DNA of 64,000 bases, from positions 143,554,325 through 143,618,324 of the forward strand of contig NC_068983.1 of NCBI RefSeq assembly GCF_001194135.2, read 5' to 3'. Numbering within the stretch: position 1 is the stretch's first letter; each line of letters opens with the position of its first letter. The position numbers were made by a program, and so were the translations under genes. Below the pieces are notes generated by a model, which did no database searches, was not told the DNA's origin, and worked only from the letters and a program-made list of their open reading frames with translations. This document shows, piece after piece, positions 53,617 through 64,000 of the stretch. Source of the stretch: Octopus bimaculoides (lineage: Eukaryota).

Positions 53617-54419
53617 TTAAGTTAAAATATCAAGTGTTTTAAGTACATATACACAATTACCCATATTGTAGTTGTTGTTTAGGACCAGATCAGCTATAAT
53701 CAAGCAGACTTATGAACCAGAACCTAGTCAAGATTTAATGTACCCAAAAACCTTACTATCCAATGTGCCCTTCTTTTGTAAGCCAGTAGGATGAGCTTTG
53801 AAAAACATCTGGCTGCTTTGCTCTTTCTAGCAAGTCAAGCAACTGTGTGGAAGTTCCTTTATTGGCTCAGTGTCATTGAATAATAGGTATTATGTCATAT
53901 AAAGTGTGGTTTCATGCTATATGTTGTGTGATATATATTGAGTTATGTCATTTGTAGTGTGGTGTTATGTCACATGTGGTATTCTGACATATGTAATGTT
54001 ATATTATTATATGTAAGATATATCAAATGTACTGTGATATTGTGTCATAATTGTGTTGTATAACATCATATGTGTATAGTAATAATTGTTACATTTATTA
54101 CATTTCTTTGTACCATTTGTCATAGAATAAGAATTTCTTACAAAGTCTGCTTCATTTCTCAGTTATAATTTATTCACTTAATATTGCTAATTTCCTTGAG
54201 AAACACAATGAAAATTACAGTTTCATTTTCTATTTTTCTATATATTTCTGACATTATGTCCTATGTAAGAAAATATTACCAGTTGTGATTTATACAATGT
54301 GTTCCATAAGTCTGTAAGATTTTCAAATATAATTGTGTTTAAAATGCTGTCTTATTTGTGGGACACATTGTATTTCATTTTTTTTCTTTTTCTTTTCTTT
54401 CTCTTTTTGTTTCTTTCAG

Positions 54420-55913
54420 ATCCCTATATTGAAAAAGCAAAGACAGTTTCAGATGCCTACATTGGAAAAGCTATGTTAACCCTGTTTCCAAAAAGTGATG
54501 CGCCAGACACTGATACTCCAGAAGAAAAAGTGAAAGAATCTTACCCGTTAGAAAATGATTTTATTGATGATGGTGAAGGAGAATTACAAGGCAATTTACC
54601 ACCTCCTGATACAAAAGAATCTGGATCTTTGGGTGATGACAAGTTGAAAGAAACTAAATCACAAAAAACTGCTGAAGCAATGAAAGAAACAACTGAAAAA
54701 AGTCAAAAGGCAGCAGAAAAGGCTAAGAAGGCTGAAGAGGCCAGAATAGCAGCAGAAGAGGCTAAAAAAGCTGAAGAGGCCAGAATAGCAGCAGAAGAGG
54801 CTAAAAAAGCTGAAGAAGCCAGAATAGCAGCAGAAGAGGCTAAGAAAGCTGAAGAGGCCAGATTAGCAGCAGAAGAGGCTAAAAAAGCTGAAGAGGCCAG
54901 AATAGCAGCAGAAGAGGCTAAAAAAGCTGAAGAGGCTCGACAAGCAGAAGAAGCCAGAAAAACTGAGGAGGCTAAAAAAGCTGAAGAGGCTCAACAAGCA
55001 GAAGAAGCCAGGAAAGCTGAAGAGGCTAGACAGGAAGAAGAAGCTAGGAGAGCTGAAGAGGCTAGACGGGAAGAAGAGGCTACGAGAGCTGAGGAAGAGG
55101 CCAGAAGAGCTGCTGAAGAAGCTAGACGGGAGGAAGAGGCTAGGAGANNNNNNNNNNNNNNNNNNNNNNNNNNNNNNNNNNNNNNNNNNNNNNNNNNNNN
55201 NNNNNNNNNNNNNNNNNNNNNNNNNNNNNNNNNNNNNNNNNNNNNNAGCTGAAGAGGCTAGGAGAGCTGAGGAAGAGGCCAGAAGAGCTGCTGAAGAAGC
55301 TAGACGGGAGGAAGAGGCTAGGAGAGCTGAGGAAGAGGCTAGACTAGAAGAAGAAGCTAGGAGAGCTGAAGAGGCTAGGAGAGCTGAGGAAGAGGCCAGA
55401 AGAGCTGCTGAAGAAGCTAGACGGGAGGAAGAGGCTAGGAGACAGGCAGAAGAGGAGGCTAGGCGGGAAGAAGAAGCTAGACAGGCAGAAGAGGCCAGGA
55501 GAGCTGAGGAAGCTAGAGAAGCAGCTGAGGAGGCTAGGAGAATTGCAGAGGAAGCCAGAGAAGCAGAAGAACTTCGAAGGGCAGAAGCTGAAAAAGCAGC
55601 TGAGGAGGCCCGTAGATCTGCTGAAGAAGCACAACGAGAAGCAGAAGAAGCAAGAAAGGCAGAGGAAGTGAGAATAGCTGCAGAAGAGGCCAGGAGGGAG
55701 GCAGAGGAAGCTAGGGAGGCTGAAAGACAAAAAGAAGCCAAAAGACTAAAAGAGACGGAAGAAGCCAGTGAAAAAATAGAAGAATCAAATAATTCAGCTA
55801 AATCAAAAAAAAAGTCCAAAAAAAATGAATCTTATAAAAAAAGTGACATAACCAATGAAGATGATCGCAAAATTCAAAAAGAACTGGATGCAGCTGATGA
55901 ATTATTGGAAAAA
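54420..55913 (+). CDS. ASPH: Large coding exon: acidic segment, long AEEA(K/R)(K/R)-type charged repeat and start of the ASPH TPR-region-like sequence
   Basis: Long T/C tract plus TTTCAG acceptor ending at 54419 (phase 1, D-P-Y-I-E-K). Open frame on both sides of the N gap (ORFs 54299..55252 and 55668..55925). AAA|GTGAGT donor at 55914 (phase 0). The end DDRKIQKELDAADELLEK resembles human ASPH DKTIKAELDAAEKLRKR (recalled, not searched). Confidence 0.8.
54731..54925 (+). repeat. Coding minisatellite, 39-nt unit x5 (AEEARIAAEEAKK)
   Basis: Five consecutive near-identical GCTGAAGAGGCCAGAATAGCAGCAGAAGAGGCTAAAAAA units, followed by looser AEEARR/EEEARR units to about 55760. Confidence 0.95.
55148..55246. 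other. 99-N assembly gap inside the coding tandem repeat
   Basis: The reading frame after the gap (GCT GAA from 55248) is offset by 1 nt from the frame before it, and both flanks are near-identical repeat units. This points to a gap-size artefact rather than a real frameshift. Confidence 0.85.
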
Positions 55914-56489
55914 GTGAGTCCTTAAATGAAAATAAATTTATAATTGTAATTTTTACCATCTTTTTTTTTTCAATCCTTTTATTGATATGTGTGTGTGTGT
56001 TGTGTGTGTACGTGTATGTATATGCTCACTCAGTCTTGAATCTTCCAATTTAAAAAAATATGCATTACATTGTTTTATTGCATATAAGTATTTCTTTCAT
56101 ACCCTTCTATAATTCTTAATGTGTTTAAAGTGTTTCACTTCAGAAAATAGTGGTTGTAAGGTTATGGCGCTAAATAATACAGACCATATCAAATAAGGTT
56201 ATGAGTTTAAACCTTTACTATTACTACACTTTGTTATGTTTGGGCAAGATCTCACAATTCTGTTGCCTGGCAGACAATACACACATAGGTTTAATGGAAC
56301 AAACAGGATAAATAGAACTTATTACATAAGTATATAAATATTGTTTATCATTTTCTATTATAAAGTTATAACCTAATTCAAGGGCTGGGAGTTTCATGCA
56401 TAGCCCTTTTGCAATTTCCTTATGCAAACACAAAATGCTTGGCCCTTGAGTTACTTTGTAACTTCTGCTGATTAATAATTTCAACTAGC

Positions 56490-56840
56490 AATAACCACGC
56501 CTCGGATACACCTCATTGGCCATCGTACCGCATGATGAAAACTCACAGCTTATTTTGCTGGGTAAAATGGAATGTGTCAGCTGTCCACAGCCAGCAGATT
56601 AAGGTGACACTTGTTTACTGGTCATGCTTCAAGAACCTTGCGAAGAATTCTTGCAGTTCCAAGCAATGCTGATTTTTGTAAGTGTTCTTCCTTCACACTT
56701 GCACCAATCTTTTTCAGCCATGTTGGTAGTTGAGTGCTGATACTTCCAAGTACACCAATTGATATCATGTCTACTCTCCTCATTGACCACAACCTTCATA
56801 TTTCCCTCTTCAAATTGTTATAGTTGTTTATTTTTTCTTC
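56490..56840 (-). mobile_element. R4/Dong-like LINE extreme 3' fragment
   Basis: Reverse translation LKREI.RLWSMRRV..ISIGVLGS...HLQKSALLGTARILRKVLEA*. Confidence 0.7.
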
Positions 56841-57111
56841 TTTCACATTGATCTTGTCACCATAGCATACTGTGTCAATTATCATGCATACATATATACA
56901 CTCACATACACATATATGCACACACATGCATTACTTTGTTGCTGGCTGTTTTTCTTCCAACAACATACAACACAGACAAAATGTGTGGTAATGAATCCCA
57001 TCCATGTTAACAGAAAAAAATAAAAGTAGATGGAAAACAATTTCTAAAAAGAAGGAAGCAGTTACTATATACATATAAGCATTGATTGATTTTATGATTA
57101 TGATGGACCCT

Positions 57112-57325
57112 AAGGCGGTGAGCCAGCAGAATTGTTAGCACACCAGGCGAAATGCTGAGCAGTATTTCATCTGCTGCTACGTTCTGAGTTCAAATTCCAC
57201 CGAGGTCGACTTTGCCTTTCATCCTTTCGGGGTAGATAAATTAAGCACCAGTCAAGTACTGGGGTCAATGTGATCAACTATCCCCCTCCCCTCAAATTCC
57301 AGGCTTTGTGCCTATAGTACAAAGG
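57112..57325 (+). mobile_element. SINE family A with 18-bp target-site duplication
   Basis: ATGATTATGATGGACCCT at 57094-57111 and 57326-57343 brackets the element, consistent with target-primed reverse transcription. Confidence 0.9.
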
Positions 57326-57637
57326 ATGATTATGATGGACCCTCCATCGACTTTGGCAATAAACATTTTGTTGTTCAATCAACTGAACTACCCACTTGTT
57401 TAATGTGGAACTGATTCAGTATTTTACAGACACGTGTAGACTTAACATAATTCTTAGGTCAAATCAGTATGACAAAATATGTGACAAAGTTAGGACTTTG
57501 AATTACTAGTATGATCCAGCTAATGGGCTTTCACAGTTTATGTCAATAACAGATTCATTTATAAGGCTTTGGTTAGTCCAGTGTTATAGTAAAACACACA
57601 TGACCAAGATGAAACCCAGTGTGACAAAACTTAAGAA

Positions 57638-57641
<4 letters not shown>

Positions 57642-57722
<81 letters not shown>
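57642..57722. repeat. (AC)n microsatellite
   Basis: Direct. Confidence 0.95.
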
Positions 57723-57724
<2 letters not shown>

Positions 57725-58667
57725 ACTGTCATCATTTTTACACAAGCTTCTCTATGCTGACATGAGTGGAAAAATCTTCACAGTTCAAGTCAGTTATTAT
57801 TTGGAGTTATTGTCCTCCTAGTTGGGTATCACTTGTATGTCCTATCCTTTGGCATGGCTTCTATGGTGAGTGCCTTCCTATTGCAAACTACTTATTAATG
57901 CAATGTGCTAGGTGTATTTTGTCATGGCATCAACTACAGATAAGTTGTCTTGCCCTTGGCAGAACTAGTGTGTGCTCTCTATCAAATATTGTTGATAGTG
58001 AAAAGTTGTTTTTTTTTTATTATACTAAATCTACTATATTATTCTTCAACATGATTGTGGAAGAATAATATATTTTGTTAGAGAGGAGGAAGAGGTGGAG
58101 TAAGAGAGCAGATAGCCAGCTGATGCATTATGCTGTCACTGATGTGGTTTGTAGAAGTGAAAGATGAAGAGAGAGAGTGAAATGCTAAGGACATGAAGAG
58201 GGGAATCACATGGTTTAAAAATTTGTTGAAGAGGTAGCAAGAAAGAGAGAAATATAGGGTGTTAGACTCACTCACCATTCTTCTGTTGACAGAATTCACT
58301 GGGTTCTATCATAATACAGCACAAGAGATGGAATACCTTGTACACAATAAATGTAGAGAGTATTCCATAACATACGGCCTGTAGAGTCGACCAAGAAGAG
58401 TAGGAGCAATCACAAAAAAAGGCCAGAAAGGAGTTGCTGAGAAGTGGAGATGGGAGTATAAGTGTGGAGATGGGAGTGTAAGTGTGGAGAGTATTCAATA
58501 GTCTAGGGCACATACATTTGCTCAGGTGACTGGATAAGGAGGGTTAAGGACGCCAAGTGAAGTAGGAGAAAAGCTGGACAAGGTACAAAGTGCCTCAGTC
58601 TCTAAACACTACTCTTGTGTTATGGTATAGTTTATGTATGTAGTTTTATATATATATATATATATAT

Positions 58668-59058
58668 GGCATAGGTGTGGCTGTGTGGTAAGAAGCTTGG
58701 TTCCCAACCATATCATTCTGGGTTCAGTCCCAATAATGCATGGCACTTTGGACAAGTGTCTTCTACTATAGCCTTGCGCCAACCAAAGCCCTTGAGTGGA
58801 TTTGGTAGATCGAAACTGAAAGAAGCCCATCATATATGTATGTATGTATGTAGATATTTTTGTGTTTGTCCTCCTGCCATTGTTTGACAACCAATGCTGG
58901 TGTGTTTATGTCCTTGTAACTTAGTTCAGCAAAAGAGTTTAATAGAATAAGTACTAGGCTTACAAAGAATAAGTCCTGGGGTCAATTTTCTTTACTAAAA
59001 TTCCTTTAAGGTGGTGCTCCAGCATGGCTGCAGTCAAATGACTGAAACAAGTAAAGGA
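58668..59058 (+). mobile_element. tRNA-derived SINE family C with internal microsatellite
   Basis: GGC...GTGGCTGTGTGGTAAGAAG head, GGTTCAGTCCCA box, central TATG/TA run and 3' GGTGCTCCAGCATGGCTGCAGTCAAATGACTGAAACAAG. Confidence 0.85.
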
Positions 59059-59560
59059 ATATATATATGGCAAATGAAAGTTGGAAGATGGAATATACGA
59101 GAATTTATTATCAATCATGACAATTGTTTCAACACATCTAGCATCAATTCCTCATTTTATTATTCATTATATATATATATATAGTTGAAATTTATAGAAA
59201 AATAAAAAATGAAGACAGGTATATGAACAACAAGCAAGTGTATTCCTCATATCCACCTTTTACCTTGAAGGTACACCCTGACACTTCATAACCCCCATCA
59301 TTTCTCCCTTTTCAGCAAGACGCCTACCAGATCCTGTCTCATATTTTAGTCTCTCAGCACATGGCACAGAGCCGTCAGTTCTGCACCCCTCCCCCACTTA
59401 GTCTTAGGCTGGTGGATTTCCAAGATCTAGCCCCACCACAGATCATCACATATTCTCCTCCATGTTTAAGAGTTGGAAGAAGGCAGACTGGGTCAAATGC
59501 TTCTTTTGGCTGTCTCCACATGTATACTTGGCTGGTGGTCAGAAATAAGGTAATGGATGA

Positions 59561-60006
59561 CTAGTCCGAGAAAATAACATTCTCCCACTGCTCTAGGGAC
59601 CAATTCTGTAAGTTTTTACTCCACTCTAAACACTTTGCAACATTTGTTTTTGAAAGTGGTGGTTTTCTGATTGCAGCCCTCCCATGAAATTTGGCTTTGT
59701 GCAGCTCTCGGTGAACAGTTTTTGTAGAAACTGGGTTCTTGAGGTGGTCATTAAGCTCTGCAGTAATTTTGGGAGCTGTACTTTTGTGATCCTTTCTAAC
59801 AATTCGCTTAAGAGCCCAATGGTCCCTATCTGAAAGTTTTGGTTTTGTTTCGAGGAGGAGGTTTTTTTCCACTTTCCCAAAGACTGTCATTTTTTCAAGA
59901 CAGTACTTCTTGATACACCAAACATTTCGGCTGTTTTTGTTATGCTAGCGGCTGCCATACGAGCACCAACAATTTGACCACTTTGAAAGTCCGATAGATC
60001 TGTCAT
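59561..60006 (-). mobile_element. Tc1-like transposase, N-terminal half (HTH domains to the first catalytic Asp)
   Basis: MTDLSDFQSGQIVGARMAAASITKTAEMFGVSRSTV, a frameshift, then ORF 59561..59890 ending WENVIFSD*. Confidence 0.9.
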
Positions 60007-60776
60007 TTTAATGAATTTTAATTACCTTTTCTGATGATATCTGAAAAGAAACAGCAATTTTAAGCAAAACATATTAAGCAACACTAATAATAAATTTTAA
60101 AAAAACATAAAAATAAACAAGCTTTTGACGGTTTTATAGATATTTCAAAATTANNNNNNNNNNATATATGCAGGGGTTGGACAAAATAATGGAAACACCT
60201 GGCATCATATATATACACACACACACACACACATATATATATACACACACACACACACATGTTTATATTGTATGTAGATGTCAGATTGATTGAGTCATTA
60301 GAGTGTAGGATAGATTGCTTTGTAGTAACCATTCTGTAACTGACACTAAGGTTGACTTTGCCTTTTGTCCCTTTCCAGTGGATAAATAATATACCAGTCT
60401 TGAAATGGGGTTGGTTCTTCTATCTCTCTCTCTCTGTCTCTCTGTCTCTCTGTCTGTCTAACTTTCTCCAGGAAGAAATTGGCTGTGGTCACACCTAGAG
60501 AGGGATGGGATCCACCAGACCTAAAAGTACTCAAGACATACTGCATATAACAATAACACTCTTATTGTTCAATGTAAGATTTGAGAAACCAAAGCAAGTC
60601 ATATATATTTGTGTGTGTGTGTGATTTTATATATATATATATATGTATCTGAGTTTGTATATGATTTTGTGTGTGTGTGTGTAAAATCAATACTGATATA
60701 GGGTGAAATTAATAATTAACAACTAATAATTTCACCAAGTAGTTCGGTATGTTAAAAGAACCATTATCGGTAAACT

Positions 60777-61268
60777 TATACAAAAATTTCATAATTATAA
60801 GCATAATTATAATTAGGGTTCAGCAAAATTGCTTCACCATATACCGAAATTTAGAAATAGTTAAATACTATTCCACTACCATAATATATCTCCCAGACAG
60901 CAATACTCCCAACTCACGCAGGCAAAGAGAAAAAATGGATATTAGCTGTTCAATGGCGCTTGGTCGAATACATATCTTAATTATTAGCACTCTCAGATTT
61001 ATAATTGAAATACTATACTGAAGAAGGAAATAAGTGAGTAATGTGTCTTGCAACTCTTTAATCCAGAAATGCGTATATAGTTAATCAAAGCCGGGTGGGT
61101 TCGTTATTTTTTCTCTTTGCCTGCATGAGTTGGGAGTATTACTGTCTGGGAGATATATTATGGTAGCGGAATAGTATTTAACTGCTATTTCTAAATTTCA
61201 GTATGTGGTGAAGCAATTTTGCTGAACCCTAATTATAATTATGCTTATAATTATAAAATTTTTGTATA
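60777..61268. mobile_element. Foldback element with ~160-bp inverted arms and a 169-nt spacer containing a hammerhead-like motif
   Basis: 60777-60936 is the reverse complement of 61106-61268 apart from a few substitutions and one 3-nt indel. Confidence 0.8.
61012..61081 (+). ncRNA. Hammerhead-like motif (degenerate type I)
   Basis: ACTATA CTGAAGA AGGA...TCCA GAAA TGC GTA TATAGT: perfect 6-bp helix I, both core boxes, near-palindromic ATGCGT helix III, weak helix II. Confidence 0.45.
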
Positions 61269-61279
61269 TATATATATAT

Positions 61280-61538
61280 GGCTTGTGCGGGTGGCACATA
61301 AAAGACACCATTTCGAGCGTGGCCGTTGCCAGTATCGCCTGACTGGCCTTCGTGCGGGTGACATGTAAAAGCACCTACTACACTCTCTGAGTGGTTGGCG
61401 TTAGGAAGGGCATCCAGCTGTAGAAACTCTGCCAAATTTAGATTGGAGCCTGGTGTTGCCATCCGGTTTCACCAGTCCTCAGTCAAATCGTCCAACCCAT
61501 GCTAGCATGGAAAGCAGACGTTAAACGATGATGATGAT
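61280..61538 (+). mobile_element. Solo 3'-UTR fragment of the RTE LINE (or a SINE sharing its tail)
   Basis: GTGGCACATAAAAG..CACC units, GGAAGGGCATCCAGCTGTAGAAAC and a (GAT)n tail. Nearly identical to 35400-35525. Confidence 0.85.
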
Positions 61539-61775
61539 ATATATATATATATGTGTATATATGTGTGTATATGTATTATATTGGTTAAGTCAGTCTCTTA
61601 CTACTCTGTGTTTCACCTGTGAGTGCCCAGGGTCCTCAAGCAAGTTCTGAAGACCATGTGCACCTACAGATGCAACTCAGAATAGCAAGATATAACTTGA
61701 TAAAAATTAAATATATCATTAATCTCTACTATAATTTTGTTACACTTTTTTCTGACAGTCAGTACTAAATGTGTG

Positions 61776-61826
<51 letters not shown>

Positions 61827-63952
61827 GTGCACACACACATATTAAAACTTCTAATGATAAGCAGTATAAATTATAGCCTTTGTTATGGGATTCATAATCT
61901 AAGATATGCAGACAATCATAAACAAATGTGTTTTTTTTTTAATCCTTCACGGAAAGAAAAGCAGGAATCAGCCTGACCAATTTTTATGCTAATTGCATTC
62001 TTCATTAAAGACCACATACTCATTTCATCTGTCTATGAAAAGGTATATAGTTGTTACCTTTATATGGTTTTTATATAATATGACTTTGGTAAATTGCTGA
62101 ATCCAGTTTGCATAATGAATTTTTTTAGTAACATAGTTAATTGATTAATCATCTACTAAGCAGCATATATTGTCATAAAGCTGAAATGTATAGAAAGTTA
62201 TATCCAATGATAACCAATACAAATTTCAGTCATTGATTTGATGTATGAGCTACTAAACATGGATAAATGTAAATAAGTGTATTTACTTTTCTGTGGACAG
62301 AAAAAGTGGGGTTTGCTCAAATTAGTGTCATCATGCATATGTATATATATTGTATAATAATAAGTTCTTCTACACATTCAAGATCCTACACATTGAAGTT
62401 ATATCCTTTATGTCATCTGCATAGTTCACAAATATTAATGACAAAATACACACCTTGAGCAGGCACATTTCTAGCCTACCATATCAGAGAAACATTTTAT
62501 AAAATGTTACCAATCAAATGAACCCAGCAACTGATAAGCGAACAACAGTTGCCCTTACAAGCAAGTTTAACCTCTCCACACTACAAAAGAAAAGGCAAGA
62601 ACCAACACATCTTGCTGCCACCATTGTCATTGCAAGCACTGCCATCAGAACACAAGTCATTGCTCTAGCAATTCTGCCAATCCACTGCCCTGAACTGGTA
62701 ATTTATTTATCAATTCTGACTAGATGAAAAGCAAAGTTGACCTTGATGAATTTTGAACACAAGACACAGAGCCAGAACCGATACCACCAGTTCTATTCTG
62801 TCTAATGGACTAACGACTCAGCCTATTCACTGTCTTTGTTAATTTATAAAAAAAAAGCAAAACACTTGAAACACCAAAAACACCACTTTGAAATATCCTG
62901 GGTCCTTTGAAATTTTCTTCCATCTTTTTATACTGTATTGATATTACTGGAGTATCCTGGGCTTTTATCACACTATGACAGTATTAAGTAGTTCAAGACA
63001 TTTTTTTTCCTGATAGAGGATGCCAGTCTTACACAAGCTTTTCATTTTATTTTTGTTTTATTCATTGGAGGTTTTGAGTTTGTCTTTGCAAACTAATGGA
63101 ACACTCCTCAGTTAAGCAGTGCTCTCACCATTCACATCAGTAACAAGTATGTACTTCTCTTTAGTAAATAGATTTACAGATGAACAAGGTAGACTTAGCA
63201 TTGTTTTGCCGAAGCCTGGATATAAAACATCAATCCATCATTCCATAAGCTAAAATACTAAAATCTCAACCAGTGAAGATTCTACTATATATCTACTGTG
63301 AAATTATAAAATATGTTTCCATTTATTTCTAAAATTGTTCAGCCCTTGCCTATTTCTAATCAGTTGTTTGAGAAAGGACCTCTCACTCACAATGTCTTCT
63401 TTATATTCTGGTGAGGAAGTCTGCGGTAGATTTTTGTCATTCCTTTTCTTGCAATATTAAAAGGTCTATAGGTCAGTGAGAAAACCAGCTGAATTGGTTA
63501 TATTAGTGATAATAATGATTTTGATGATTTCAAACTTTGGCACAGGTAACTAATCTGTAGAGGAAGAGATACAATCAACAGAATTGATTAGTAATACTTA
63601 TTTTATTAATCCTCAGAGAAATAAAAAGACAGTCAGACTCAAGATTTGCATTCAGAACTTAAAGAAATACAACTAAGTACCACAGGCCATTTTTTGTTTG
63701 CCATTCCACTGCCTTTAATTCTAATAATAATGGTAATAATGATTATAATAAATCAGCTACAAGAAAGACTGCAAGGAAGTAAAGTTATCACACAGATTTC
63801 ATTTCCACTGTATGTATACCTGTGTTTAGGGAGAATGAGTGTGTGTGTGTAATCCCTGTTTTTCTCCAAATGATTTCCAACAGAAACCATCCAATTTCTT
63901 TACTGCTGATCAATTACAATCATAATAACTTTATGAAGCAATATACTCCAAA

Positions 63953-64000
<48 letters not shown>

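Noticed and set aside
54700-55770. Resemblance of the repeat to bacterial TolA or Plasmodium MAEBL (horizontal transfer or contamination)
   Set aside because: Low-complexity convergence. The exon has canonical spliceosomal boundaries and sits in host repeat-rich DNA.
54863-55819. 318-aa minus-strand ORF rich in LASSA repeats
   Set aside because: It is the antisense shadow of the AEEARR coding repeat. Splice signals and domain logic support the + strand.
55926-64000. Next ASPH exon (TPR region, phase 0)
   Set aside because: I found no AG-bounded frame with ASPH-like sequence (e.g. YPxSPRA). It probably lies beyond the window.

Overview
AT-rich, microsatellite- and transposon-dense animal genomic DNA with seven N gaps. 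The SINE/LINE repertoire looks like an octopus (coleoid cephalopod) genome; this is inferred from recalled repeat families, not from a search. One protein-coding gene is supported, on the + strand. It has three phase-compatible coding exons: 8702-8774 (start codon), 49657-49938 (Lys-rich repeats plus a transmembrane helix) and 54420-55913 (a long E/A/R/K repeat). The product is a type II membrane protein whose last residues (ITNEDDRKIQKELDAADELLEK) resemble the start of the TPR region of aspartyl/asparaginyl beta-hydroxylase (ASPH). The catalytic exons are not in the window. The rest is intron or intergenic sequence holding decayed RTE-type LINEs with a PHD-like finger inside the RT region, R4/Dong-like, CR1-like and L1/Tx1-like LINE fragments, two Tc1 transposase remnants, piggyBac- and hAT-type MITEs, several tRNA-derived SINE families and many microsatellites. 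The most striking observation is an inverted-repeat element at 39722-40117 that joins a tRNA-like Pol III head to minimal type I hammerhead ribozyme motifs. A second, unrelated foldback element at 60777-61268 encloses another hammerhead-like motif. No CRISPR array, rRNA or true tRNA gene was found. Most ORFs in the track are microsatellite or decayed-TE artefacts. Percent identities are by-eye estimates and TE boundaries are approximate.
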